Shown: piece by piece, positions 24,025 through 32,073 of the stretch
Position numbering within the stretch: position 1 is the stretch's first letter
Layout of the letters: every line of letters starts with the position of its first letter
Origin: an uncultured Gemmatimonadales bacterium
GTDB lineage: Bacteria; Gemmatimonadota; Gemmatimonadetes; Longimicrobiales; Longimicrobiaceae
Length of the DNA stretch: 64,000 nt
Reading direction: 5' to 3'
Assembly (NCBI GenBank): GCA_963716255.1
Contig: OY970303.1
Location: 960,001-1,024,000 of the forward strand
Made by a program: the position numbers and the translations under genes
Notes under the pieces: generated by a model
Database searches by the model: none
Seen by the model: only the letters and a program-made list of their open reading frames with translations
Told to the model about the DNA's origin: nothing

Positions 24025-26154
24025 ATGAAGCGAAACGCTTTTCGACGTCCGCATCTCGCGCGGCGCCCGGCGCTGCGCGCCGCCCTGCTGGCGGGGTCGC
24101 TCGCGCTCGGCGGCGCGGGGGCGCTCGGCGCCCAGGCGGCGCCCGCGGCTCCGGCCCGGCGCGACACCGTCCCCGGCTCGCTCCTCGACACGCTCCGGGT
24201 CAACGGGCGCATCGACGACCTGACCGGCATCGCGGGCACCTCCTCGGAGGGGCGGGTGGGCGCGGCCGACCTGCTCTCGCGCCCGCTGGCGCGCGAGGGG
24301 GAGCTGCTGGAAACGGTGCCCGGCGTGATCGTCACGCAGCACTCCGGGGAGGGCAAGGCCAACCAGTACTTCGTCCGGGGCTTCAACCTGGACCACGGCA
24401 CCGACTTCCAGACCCGCGTGGAGGGGATGCCGGTCAACATGCCCACCCACGGGCACGGCCAGGGCTACACCGACCTCAACTTCGTCGTCCCCGAGTTCGT
24501 GGAATACCTGGACTACCGGCTGGGGGTGTACCACGCCGAGCTGGGCGACTTCGGGAGCGCGGGGGGCGCGGAGCTGCACCTGGCGCGCACGCTGGACCGC
24601 CCCTTCGCCACGCTGGGCGCCGGCCAGAACGGGCTGGCTCGGCTGGCGGGGGGCGGATCGGCGCGCGTGGGCCCGGGCGACCTCCTGCTGGGCGGCGAGG
24701 CGCGGGCGTACGACGGCCCCTGGGAGCAGCCCCAGGAGGTCCGCAAGCTCGTCGGCATCGCCCGCTACTCGTGGGACCGCGGCCCGTCCCGCTTTTCCGT
24801 GCTGGGGCTGGCCTACCGCAACCGCTGGAACGCCACCGATCAGGTCCCGGAGCGCGCGGTGCGGAGCGGCCTGATCGGCCGGCTGGGGCAGGTGGACGAC
24901 AGCGACGGCGGCGAGGCGGAGCGCTACAGCCTGTCCGGCGAATGGACCCGCACCGGCGCCAGCTGGGTGCAGGAGGTCGAGCTCTTCGGCATCCGCTCCG
25001 GGCTGGACCTGTACTCCGACTTCACCTTCTTCCTGGACGACCCGGTCCGCGGCGACCAGTTCCACCAGGAGGACCGCCGCACCGTGGCGGGGATCAACGC
25101 CCGGCACGCGCAGGACGTACGGGGAATGGGCGCGGCGCACACCCTGACGGCGGGGCTCCAGGCGCGCGCCGACTTCATCGGGGGGCTGGGGCTGCACCGC
25201 ACCGCCGCGCAGGCGCGCCTGGGCACGGTGCGGCAGGACCGCGTGCGCCAGACCGGGACCGGCGTGTTCCTGGAGGCGGAGTCGCGCTGGCGCCCCTGGC
25301 TGCGGAGCGTGCTGGGGGTGCGCGCCGACGGCTACACCTTCCGGGTGGACAGCGACGCGCCGGAAAACTCCGGCGCCCGGCGCGCGGGGATCGTGAGCCC
25401 CAAGGCGTCGCTGGTGCTCGCCCCCTCGCGGACCACGGAGCTCTACCTGAGCGGCGGGTACGGCTTCCACAGCAACGACGCGCGGGGGACCACCATCACC
25501 ACCGACCCCGCCACCGGCGAGCCGGCGGCGCGGGTGGACCCCCTGGTGCGCTCCCGCGGCGCCGAGGTGGGAGTGCGCGCGTCGCCGCTGCGGGGGCTGC
25601 GCTCCACCCTGACCGCGTGGACGCTGGAGCTGGACAGCGAGCTGCTGTTCGTGGGCGACGCCGGAGCCACCGAGCCCTCCGCGCGGAGCGGGCGGCGCGG
25701 CGTGACCTGGGCCAACTTCTACCGGCCCGTCCCCTCGCTCTCGCTGGACGCGGACGTGTCGCTCGCGCGGGCCCGGCTCGCGGGCGTGCCGGCGGGCGGG
25801 GACCGCATCCCGGGCGCGCTGGAGAACGTGGTGGCCGCGGGGATCGCCTGGAGCCCGCCGCGGGGCGCGCTGGGGGCCCTGCGCCTGCGCCACTTCGGGG
25901 CGTACCCGCTGGTGGAGGACAACTCGGTGCGCGCGGATCCCGCCACGCTGCTGAACGCCGAAGTGGGGTGGCGGTTCGGGTCGGGGGTGCGGCTGGAGGC
26001 GGTGGTGCTCAACCTGCTGGACTCGGAGGCGGCGGACATCCAGTACTTCTACGCCTCGCGGCTGCCGGGGGAGCCGGCGGAGGGGGTGGAGGACGTGCAC
26101 TTCCACCCGGTGGAGCCGCGGCAGGTGCGGGTGGCGCTCCAGTGGGTGTTCTGA
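24025..26154 (+). CDS. TonB-dependent receptor
   Basis: Signal peptide, plug (LLETVPG..VTQHSGEGKANQYF.RGFNLDHGTDF), beta-barrel, C-terminal HFHPVEPR...WVF. Confidence 0.92.
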   Translation: MKRNAFRRPHLARRPALRAALLAGSLALGGAGALGAQAAPAAPARRDTVPGSLLDTLRVNGRIDDLTGIAGTSSEGRVGAADLLSRPLAREGELLETVPGVIVTQHSGEGKANQYFVRGFNLDHGTDFQTRVEGMPVNMPTHGHGQGYTDLNFVVPEFVEYLDYRLGVYHAELGDFGSAGGAELHLARTLDRPFATLGAGQNGLARLAGGGSARVGPGDLLLGGEARAYDGPWEQPQEVRKLVGIARYSWDRGPSRFSVLGLAYRNRWNATDQVPERAVRSGLIGRLGQVDDSDGGEAERYSLSGEWTRTGASWVQEVELFGIRSGLDLYSDFTFFLDDPVRGDQFHQEDRRTVAGINARHAQDVRGMGAAHTLTAGLQARADFIGGLGLHRTAAQARLGTVRQDRVRQTGTGVFLEAESRWRPWLRSVLGVRADGYTFRVDSDAPENSGARRAGIVSPKASLVLAPSRTTELYLSGGYGFHSNDARGTTITTDPATGEPAARVDPLVRSRGAEVGVRASPLRGLRSTLTAWTLELDSELLFVGDAGATEPSARSGRRGVTWANFYRPVPSLSLDADVSLARARLAGVPAGGDRIPGALENVVAAGIAWSPPRGALGALRLRHFGAYPLVEDNSVRADPATLLNAEVGWRFGSGVRLEAVVLNLLDSEAADIQYFYASRLPGEPAEGVEDVHFHPVEPRQVRVALQWVF

Positions 26155-26174
26155 CCGCTTTTTACCGCTGATTT

Positions 26175-26307
26175 GGGCGTGCCCCCGGCTGGCGCCGGGG
26201 TCGGGCTTCGGCTCCGTAGCAAACGATACTACCGTTTGCAACGGAGTCGAGCCCCCGCGGAAACAGCCCCGCGGGGTCTCGCCCCTTCGGGCCGTAATCC
26301 CTCACGC
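26175..26307 (+). repeat. ~130-bp multi-hairpin repeat, copy 5
   Basis: Central stem GCAAACG/CGTTTGC, loop ATACTAC. Confidence 0.9.
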
Positions 26308-26387
26308 GGGGCTCGTGCTGGCGTCCGCTGGGGCCCCCTCCCCCGCAAGCGGGAGAGGGGGAGAACTGCGGGGCGGAAGGGCGCGCG

Positions 26388-27236
26388 CTATTCCGCGAGA
26401 AAGCCGAGGAGAGCGGCGTTGAACGCGGTGGCGTGGCTCTGGTTGATCCCGTGCGGACCGCCCGGGATCAGTGCGAGCCGGCTGTGCCGGATCGCCTCGT
26501 GCGTGCGCTTCCCGGAGCCTTCGAACGGCACGATGCCGTCCGCGTCGCCGTGGATGACGAGCGTCGGGACCGTCACCTTCGGCAGGTCGTCGCGAAAGTC
26601 GGTGAGGCCGAACGACTGCATGGCCTCGAGCGCCGCCAGCTTGTCGGCCTGTTTGCAGAGCGCCACGGCCGCCTGCCGATCTTCCTCGCTCACCAGGATC
26701 GCGCCGTCGGCGTTCGGCGAGTAGAAATCCTTCGTGAACTGGTCGTAGAACCCGTCGGAATCCGCGGTGAGCTGGGCGGTCATCTCGGCGGCCTTGGCCG
26801 CGTCGAGCGGTCCGTCGGGGTTGCCAGGGGTCTTCATCATCATGGGGGGCACGGCGGCGGCGAACACCACGCTCCTCAGGCGCTCCTGGCCGTGGTTGGC
26901 GATGTAGCGCGCCACCTCGCCGCCGCCCATCGAGAAGCCCACGAGGGTCGCGTCGCGAAGGTCCAGCGCCTCCAGCAGCCCCGCCAGGTCGTCGGCCAGC
27001 GTGTCGTAGCCGTACCCCGTCCCGGGCTTGTCGCTTTCCCCGAATCCCCGCCGATCGTACGTCACGACGCGGTAGCCGGACGAGCGAAGAGCCGGAACCT
27101 GCTCCTTCCACGATTTGCCCGAAAGCGGCCAGCCGTGGATCAGCACCACCGGACGCCCCTCGCCACCGCTGTCCTCCACGTGCACGTTCACGTCCTTGAG
27201 GCCGAGGAACCGGGTGTTCACGGGAATTTCCGTCAT
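26388..27236 (-). CDS. Alpha/beta hydrolase (non-heme haloperoxidase/arylesterase-like)
   Basis: LIHGWP, YDRRGFG, GFSMGG nucleophile elbow, HGDAD, GGPHG. Confidence 0.92.
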   Translation of the reverse strand: MTEIPVNTRFLGLKDVNVHVEDSGGEGRPVVLIHGWPLSGKSWKEQVPALRSSGYRVVTYDRRGFGESDKPGTGYGYDTLADDLAGLLEALDLRDATLVGFSMGGGEVARYIANHGQERLRSVVFAAAVPPMMMKTPGNPDGPLDAAKAAEMTAQLTADSDGFYDQFTKDFYSPNADGAILVSEEDRQAAVALCKQADKLAALEAMQSFGLTDFRDDLPKVTVPTLVIHGDADGIVPFEGSGKRTHEAIRHSRLALIPGGPHGINQSHATAFNAALLGFLAE

Positions 27237-27327
27237 GCGCTCCTCCGTTTGATCGCAGGTGCTCGTCGAGCACCCGGGGTAGGGTGCGTGAAACCGCAGG
27301 CGCCGTGCAGCCCGTTTGGTCGTTCCA

Positions 27328-27825
27328 TCACCGCAGAGGCTTGAACCCGTCGCCGCGGGTGAACAACTCGCTGTGGCGCCGGCCGTCCAGCGTGGCCTGC
27401 ACCACGTTGACCTGGTCCTCGAACAGCTCGAAGTGCATGCGGTTGTGCACCTTCAGCCGGCCCGCCGCGGCCGGCGCGGGGGCGCGCAGGCACAGCCACA
27501 GCACGATCCCCTGCCGGCGCACGCCGCACCAGGTGAACGGGAGCGACCGCCCACCCTCCAGCACCGTGAAGTGCGTGGCCGCATAGGCGAAGGCCGCCGC
27601 CTCCCAGCTGCGCGGCGGCCCTCCCCGGCGCCGCAGCGCCGTGCCGAAGTCGTCCGCGAACACGCGCACGGAGATGTCCAGGGTGCGCGCGGACCCGTCG
27701 TGCCGGATCTCGGTGAGCGTGCTGTGGATGGGGTGCGCTTCCGCCGCGCGGGGGGCGAGGGCGAGGGCGAGCGCCAGCAGGCAGGCGGCGAGCGCGCGCC
27801 GCGGCGCCGGCCGGCGCACGCTCAC
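27328..27825 (-). CDS. Secreted protein, DUF6702-like
   Basis: Signal peptide followed by AHPIHSTLTEI, and VRVFADDF, NRMHFELFEDQVN motifs; GTGA overlap with upstream gene. Confidence 0.65.
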   Translation of the reverse strand: MSVRRPAPRRALAACLLALALALAPRAAEAHPIHSTLTEIRHDGSARTLDISVRVFADDFGTALRRRGGPPRSWEAAAFAYAATHFTVLEGGRSLPFTWCGVRRQGIVLWLCLRAPAPAAAGRLKVHNRMHFELFEDQVNVVQATLDGRRHSELFTRGDGFKPLR

Positions 27826-28415
27826 CAGGGGCTCCGCTCCACCGCCCACCCCGCCGCGACCACCGCGATCACGGCGGACACGGCCACCACCCGCAGGCGG
27901 AAGGGCGACGGGGCGCGCAGCCCGCCCAGCAGCCGGTCCAGCCCGGCGAAGAGCACGGTCGCCGCCGCCAGCACCGCCACCTGCCCCGCCTCGATCCCCA
28001 GGTTGAAGCCCAGGAGCGGCACGGCGACCCCGTCCACGAACAGGCTGCGCAGGTAGTTGGCGAAGCCGGCACCGTGCACCAGCCCGAACACCCCGGCGAA
28101 CACCGGACGGTAGCGGCCGCGCCAGGGCGCCCCCGCGCGGTCGCGCACCAGCAGGTTCTCCGCCGCCGTGGCCACGATGGTCACGGGGATCAGGAACTCG
28201 ATGAGCGCGGTGGGGAGGTTGAGCACCCCCGTCACCGCGAGCGCCAGGGTGACCGAGTGCCCCACGGTGAAGGCGGTGACCACCGCCATCGCCTGGCGCC
28301 AGTCGCGCAGCCGGTAGATGGCCGCCAGCACCAGGATGAACAGCACGTGGTCCGCCCCGCGCGGGTCGGTGATGTGCAGGAAGCCCAGGTGGGCGAAGGT
28401 CAGGAGCTCGGACAT
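27822..28415 (-). CDS. HupE/UreJ-family membrane protein
   Basis: LGFLHI...DHVLF, TAFTVGHSVTL, FGLVHGAGFA, LLGFNLGIEAGQ. Confidence 0.9.
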   Translation of the reverse strand: MSELLTFAHLGFLHITDPRGADHVLFILVLAAIYRLRDWRQAMAVVTAFTVGHSVTLALAVTGVLNLPTALIEFLIPVTIVATAAENLLVRDRAGAPWRGRYRPVFAGVFGLVHGAGFANYLRSLFVDGVAVPLLGFNLGIEAGQVAVLAAATVLFAGLDRLLGGLRAPSPFRLRVVAVSAVIAVVAAGWAVERSPW

Positions 28416-28428
28416 GGGGGCTCCGGGT

Positions 28429-29769
28429 TCAGTCGCAGCCGCCCGCCAGGTAGTGGCGGAGCGGGGCCTGGCAGGCCAGCGCCTCGCGCGCCAGGCGGGC
28501 GTGCACCGGGTGGAAATCCGGGGCGATGGCGAGCGCGGCGCGCAGGTGCCCGCGGGAGCGATCCCGGTCGCCAAGCGACTTCTCGATCATCCCGGCGTGG
28601 TACAGGAGCATGGGGTCGCGCGTCCCGCGGGCAAGCGCGGCGGCCATGGCCGGGCGCGCCTCGGCGTCGCGGCCGGCGCGGTGCAGCGCCCAGGCCAGCA
28701 GGTCGTGGCCGTACACGTCGCGCCGGGTGCGCAGGTCGGCGCGGGCCTGCGCCAGCACCTGCGGGACGCGCCGTCCGTGGTCCAGCAGGAACAGGCTCTC
28801 GGCGCGGTGGTACGCCCCCGCGCTCCCTGCCAGCGACACCTCCACCACCCGCGCGTACTCGGCGGCGCGCCGTGCGTCGCCGGACGCGGCGTACAGGTCG
28901 GAAAGCAGCGCCAGCGTCGCCGGCTCCGGAGCCGCGGCCACCGCCCGCTCGCCGAAGTCGACCGCGGCGTCCCACTTCTCCCGGGCCCCCTCCAGCCGCG
29001 CCATGGCGGCGAGCAGGCGGCGGTCGTCCGGGAACACCTCCAGCCCCGCCGTCAGCGCCTCCTCCGCGGCGTCCAGCTCGCCGTGGCGCAGCTCGAAGTC
29101 GCCCACGCGCAGCTGGAACCACGCCACCAGCTCCGGGGCAAGGTCGGTGCGCAGCACCGCGCGGTCGCGCGCCGCGCGCAGCAGCGCGCGCGCCTCCCCC
29201 GTGCGCCCCCCGATCTCGGCCCAGCGGGCGAGCCGCGGGGCCACGTCCAGCTCCGCGCGCGACGGCGCCAGCGAGCCGAAGGTCACGGCCGCGCCGTCGT
29301 AGTCGCCCAGCTCCATCTGGATCTCGCCCAGCATGGCGCGGAAGGCGGCGTTCTCCGGCTCCAGCGCCACCAGCGTCCGCGCCGCCTCCAGCGCCTCGCC
29401 GAAGCGGTGCTGCTCCACCAGCGCGGCCGCGAGCAGGGCATGGCCCGCCGGGTTCCGCACGTCGCGAAGGCGGAGCGACTCGCGCGCCGCCGCTTCGGCC
29501 GCCAGCACGTCCTCGGCGCTCCCCGTCTCCCGCGCGCGCTGCAGCAGGAGCTGGGCGAGCCACCCGCGGTCCGTCGCGCTGTACGGGTCGCGCCGGGCGC
29601 GCGCCTCCACCAGCGCGATGCGCTGGTCCAGGTCCTCCGGGTCCACCGTGGGCCGCGCCACGGCGGCAGGGCGCACGTCGTCGGCGGAAACGATCCGCGC
29701 GGCCACGCCGCCGGCGAGGGCCAGCACGCCGGCGAGGGCCGCCGCGATGAGATGTCCGCGATGCTTCAT
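28429..29769 (-). CDS. Exported tetratricopeptide-repeat protein
   Basis: N-terminal signal/TM segment; TPR-like helices (QHRFGEAL, GEIQMELGDY, AWALHRAGR, LYHAGMI). Confidence 0.85.
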   Translation of the reverse strand: MKHRGHLIAAALAGVLALAGGVAARIVSADDVRPAAVARPTVDPEDLDQRIALVEARARRDPYSATDRGWLAQLLLQRARETGSAEDVLAAEAAARESLRLRDVRNPAGHALLAAALVEQHRFGEALEAARTLVALEPENAAFRAMLGEIQMELGDYDGAAVTFGSLAPSRAELDVAPRLARWAEIGGRTGEARALLRAARDRAVLRTDLAPELVAWFQLRVGDFELRHGELDAAEEALTAGLEVFPDDRRLLAAMARLEGAREKWDAAVDFGERAVAAAPEPATLALLSDLYAASGDARRAAEYARVVEVSLAGSAGAYHRAESLFLLDHGRRVPQVLAQARADLRTRRDVYGHDLLAWALHRAGRDAEARPAMAAALARGTRDPMLLYHAGMIEKSLGDRDRSRGHLRAALAIAPDFHPVHARLAREALACQAPLRHYLAGGCD

Positions 29770-29839
29770 GGGCCCGTCGATCCGAAAAGTGAGAATCCCG
29801 CTCCCCGGCGGATGCCGGGGAGCGGGGTCGCGCCGGCCC

Positions 29840-30493
29840 TTACTGCGTGGGCGCGGCGAGGTACGGGAAGGTGGTGAGCGCCGTCTTGTCGTTCTCGTTG
29901 ACGTTGTCGCCGACGAGGCCGGGGCTGACGTTGACGTTGTTCCCCAGCACGTTGCCGAAGACCACCGCCGTCGCCTTGTCCACGGCGTCGTCGCCCATCA
30001 GCTTGCGGCCGCCGTAGCCGTTGGTGGGGTCCAGCACGTTGGTGAGCCAGCCGACGTTCGCGGCGGTCGCCGAGTTCGCCGAGGTCACCCCGGCCGCCCG
30101 GCTGGTGAACACCTTGATCATGTCGCCGGGGGCCGCCGGAGTGCCCAGCAGGGCGCCGGCGACGGCGGTCGCGTACGGCGCGTCGCGCTTGGCCACCGTC
30201 GTGACGAAGGCCACCACGTCGTCCGTGAAGTGGAACGGGTCGCGCGCCGGCTCGAAAGCGTCGTACGCGTCGTGCTCGCGCTTCTCCACGAGCGCTTCCA
30301 TCACCAGCGGGTTCCCCAGCCGCTCCACCTGCGTGAACCGCCGGTTGGTGTTGGTGGAGAAGGTGCTGTCGGCGGCGGCGAACGCCGTCTCGCCGGGGCT
30401 CACGTTGGCTCCAGTGGGCTCGGTGTCGCAGGCGGCGAGGCCCGCGATCGCCAGCAAGGCCAGGGCGGCCGGATAAGTCTTGCGGTTCGGCAT
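29840..30493 (-). CDS. DUF4331-family lipoprotein (C-terminal-half type)
   Basis: Lipobox LAAC; QVERLGNP, GGRKL..DDAVD and FPYLAAP motifs. Confidence 0.75.
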   Translation of the reverse strand: MPNRKTYPAALALLAIAGLAACDTEPTGANVSPGETAFAAADSTFSTNTNRRFTQVERLGNPLVMEALVEKREHDAYDAFEPARDPFHFTDDVVAFVTTVAKRDAPYATAVAGALLGTPAAPGDMIKVFTSRAAGVTSANSATAANVGWLTNVLDPTNGYGGRKLMGDDAVDKATAVVFGNVLGNNVNVSPGLVGDNVNENDKTALTTFPYLAAPTQ

Positions 30494-30545
30494 TGTCTCT
30501 TGTCTCCCGTTTCAGGACGTCGATGTGTGATTCGCGCGGTCCGGC

Positions 30546-31412
30546 TCAGCGGCCGATGGTGGCCCAGACGCCGAGCTGGCCGCCGCCCCGTCCCTGCGTC
30601 AGCTGCGACTCGGGAAGCTCGACGACGATGGCGAGCGCGTTGATCCCGGCCAGGAAGTCGACCGCGCAGCCGAAGCGGGTGTCGCGCGCCGTCTGTCCCG
30701 GGTTGGGAACGCCATTGGTGCAGGCCGGCCGGAAGGCCAACGCCACCGTGCCCGGCGGGGGCGGGATCACGCCGCCGATCTGCGAGTCCGGGCCCGTGGT
30801 GGGACGGCGGTCCGGGATGATGCGGAGGAACTGCTGCAGGTCCACGTAGAACGGGTCGTCGCGCAGCCCGGCGAACACCTGCATCTGGCCGGCGGTCGCG
30901 GCGCCGCTGGCGGCGAGCTGCGCCGTCAGGGTGCTGCTGATGGCGCCGCGGCGGATGTTGGGGGAGGCGCCGCTGAAGCCGAAGCTCACGCCCACGCCCG
31001 GCACCTGCACCATGCGCGGCGCCGTCGGCCCGATCACGTCCACCGTCTGCGTCCCGTCGGTCATCTCGTCGAAGGAGAACTGGAACACCAGGTCCTCGCG
31101 GCCGTCCTGGTTGTTGTCCACGTGCAGCTGGTACAGCGCGTTGGGATCGAACCGGGCCGGGAGCCCGCCCACCAGCGTGCGGTTGCCCACGATGGGCGAG
31201 ACCACCGTCATCGCCAGCACGATCCGGTCGTCCGCCGATCCCGGGAACACGTACACGTCGTTGATGTCCAGCTGCGGATTCAGCTCGGTGAGAGCCGTCT
31301 GCTGGTGATCGGAGCCCACCGTCTCGCGGACGGCAACCCCGCCGGCCGCCACCCCCACTGCGAGCAGCGAGAGGAGAAAGGGCCTGGTGCGGAACAGCGC
31401 GTGGATCTTCAT
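30546..31412 (-). CDS. DUF4331-family exported protein (N-terminal-half type)
   Basis: Signal peptide, SDH, DINDVYVF, FDPNALYQLHVDNN.DG..D, VFAGLRDDPFYVD, DFLAGIN..AIVVELP, GVWATI. Confidence 0.8.
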   Translation of the reverse strand: MKIHALFRTRPFLLSLLAVGVAAGGVAVRETVGSDHQQTALTELNPQLDINDVYVFPGSADDRIVLAMTVVSPIVGNRTLVGGLPARFDPNALYQLHVDNNQDGREDLVFQFSFDEMTDGTQTVDVIGPTAPRMVQVPGVGVSFGFSGASPNIRRGAISSTLTAQLAASGAATAGQMQVFAGLRDDPFYVDLQQFLRIIPDRRPTTGPDSQIGGVIPPPPGTVALAFRPACTNGVPNPGQTARDTRFGCAVDFLAGINALAIVVELPESQLTQGRGGGQLGVWATIGR

Positions 31413-31589
31413 ACGTCCCTCCGGCAGATGTGATTTCCTCGCGGGCCGGCCAACGGCCGGACCGCCCTGCACCCTGCATCCCGCGTCCGCCGGAACGGAC
31501 CCGGGCCCCCGCCGCGTCGCGATCTCCGCGCACCGCCGGCACGCGGACTGGCAGCCGTCGCCCGGTGCGGTGGCGGCCTGTAGACAGCA

Positions 31590-31617
31590 GTACGACGGGG
31601 GGCTTCGGATCGGATCT
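31590..31617 (-). promoter_or_regulatory. Putative ECF promoter AGATCC-N17-CGTAC
   Basis: Same motif and spacing as at 23192-23219. Confidence 0.5.
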
Positions 31618-31666
31618 GTGGGGGTCGGATATTGATTCAAGCGGGGTGGACTGCCACTGCGGGTTC

Positions 31667-31799
31667 GGGCGTGTCCCCGGCTGGCGCCGGGGTCGGGCTT
31701 CGGCTCCGTAGGGCTGCAAACAACGCAGCCCAACGGAGTCGAGCCCCGGCGGAAACAGCCCCGCCGGGTCTCGCCCCTTCGGGCCGAAATCCCTCACGC
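31667..31799 (+). repeat. ~130-bp multi-hairpin repeat, copy 6
   Basis: Central stem GGGCTGC/GCAGCCC. Confidence 0.9.
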
Positions 31800-32000
31800 G
31801 GGGATCGCGCTGGCGTCCGCGGGGGGCCCGGCTTCGATCCTCGCCATTGCCGTGTCGTACTCCCCTCCCCCCTTGCGGGGGAGGGGCTGGGGGAGGGGGG
31901 TCGCCGTCGCCGTGCTCCCCCTTCCCTCGCCTGCGGGGGAAGGGGGCCGGGGGGATGGGGGGCCGCCGGGTCGGGCTCCGGGGCGGAACGGAAGGGGAAA

Positions 32001-32038
32001 CGACGACGCCCCCGCCGGGTGGCGGGGGCGTCGTCGGG
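32001..32038. repeat. 38-bp hairpin, identical to 34995-35032
   Basis: CGACGACGCCCCCGCC-GGGT-GGCGGGGGCGTCGTCG-GG. Confidence 0.85.
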
Positions 32039-32073
32039 GGGGTCGTAAAAGGGCGCGGCCGCGAGGCGGCGGC

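Noticed and set aside
30546..31733. Shared N-terminal peptide 'CVVCSPTEPKPDPGASRGHAR' in several ORF-track proteins
   Set aside because: It is a translation of the intergenic 130-bp repeat upstream of the true starts, not a real protein domain.
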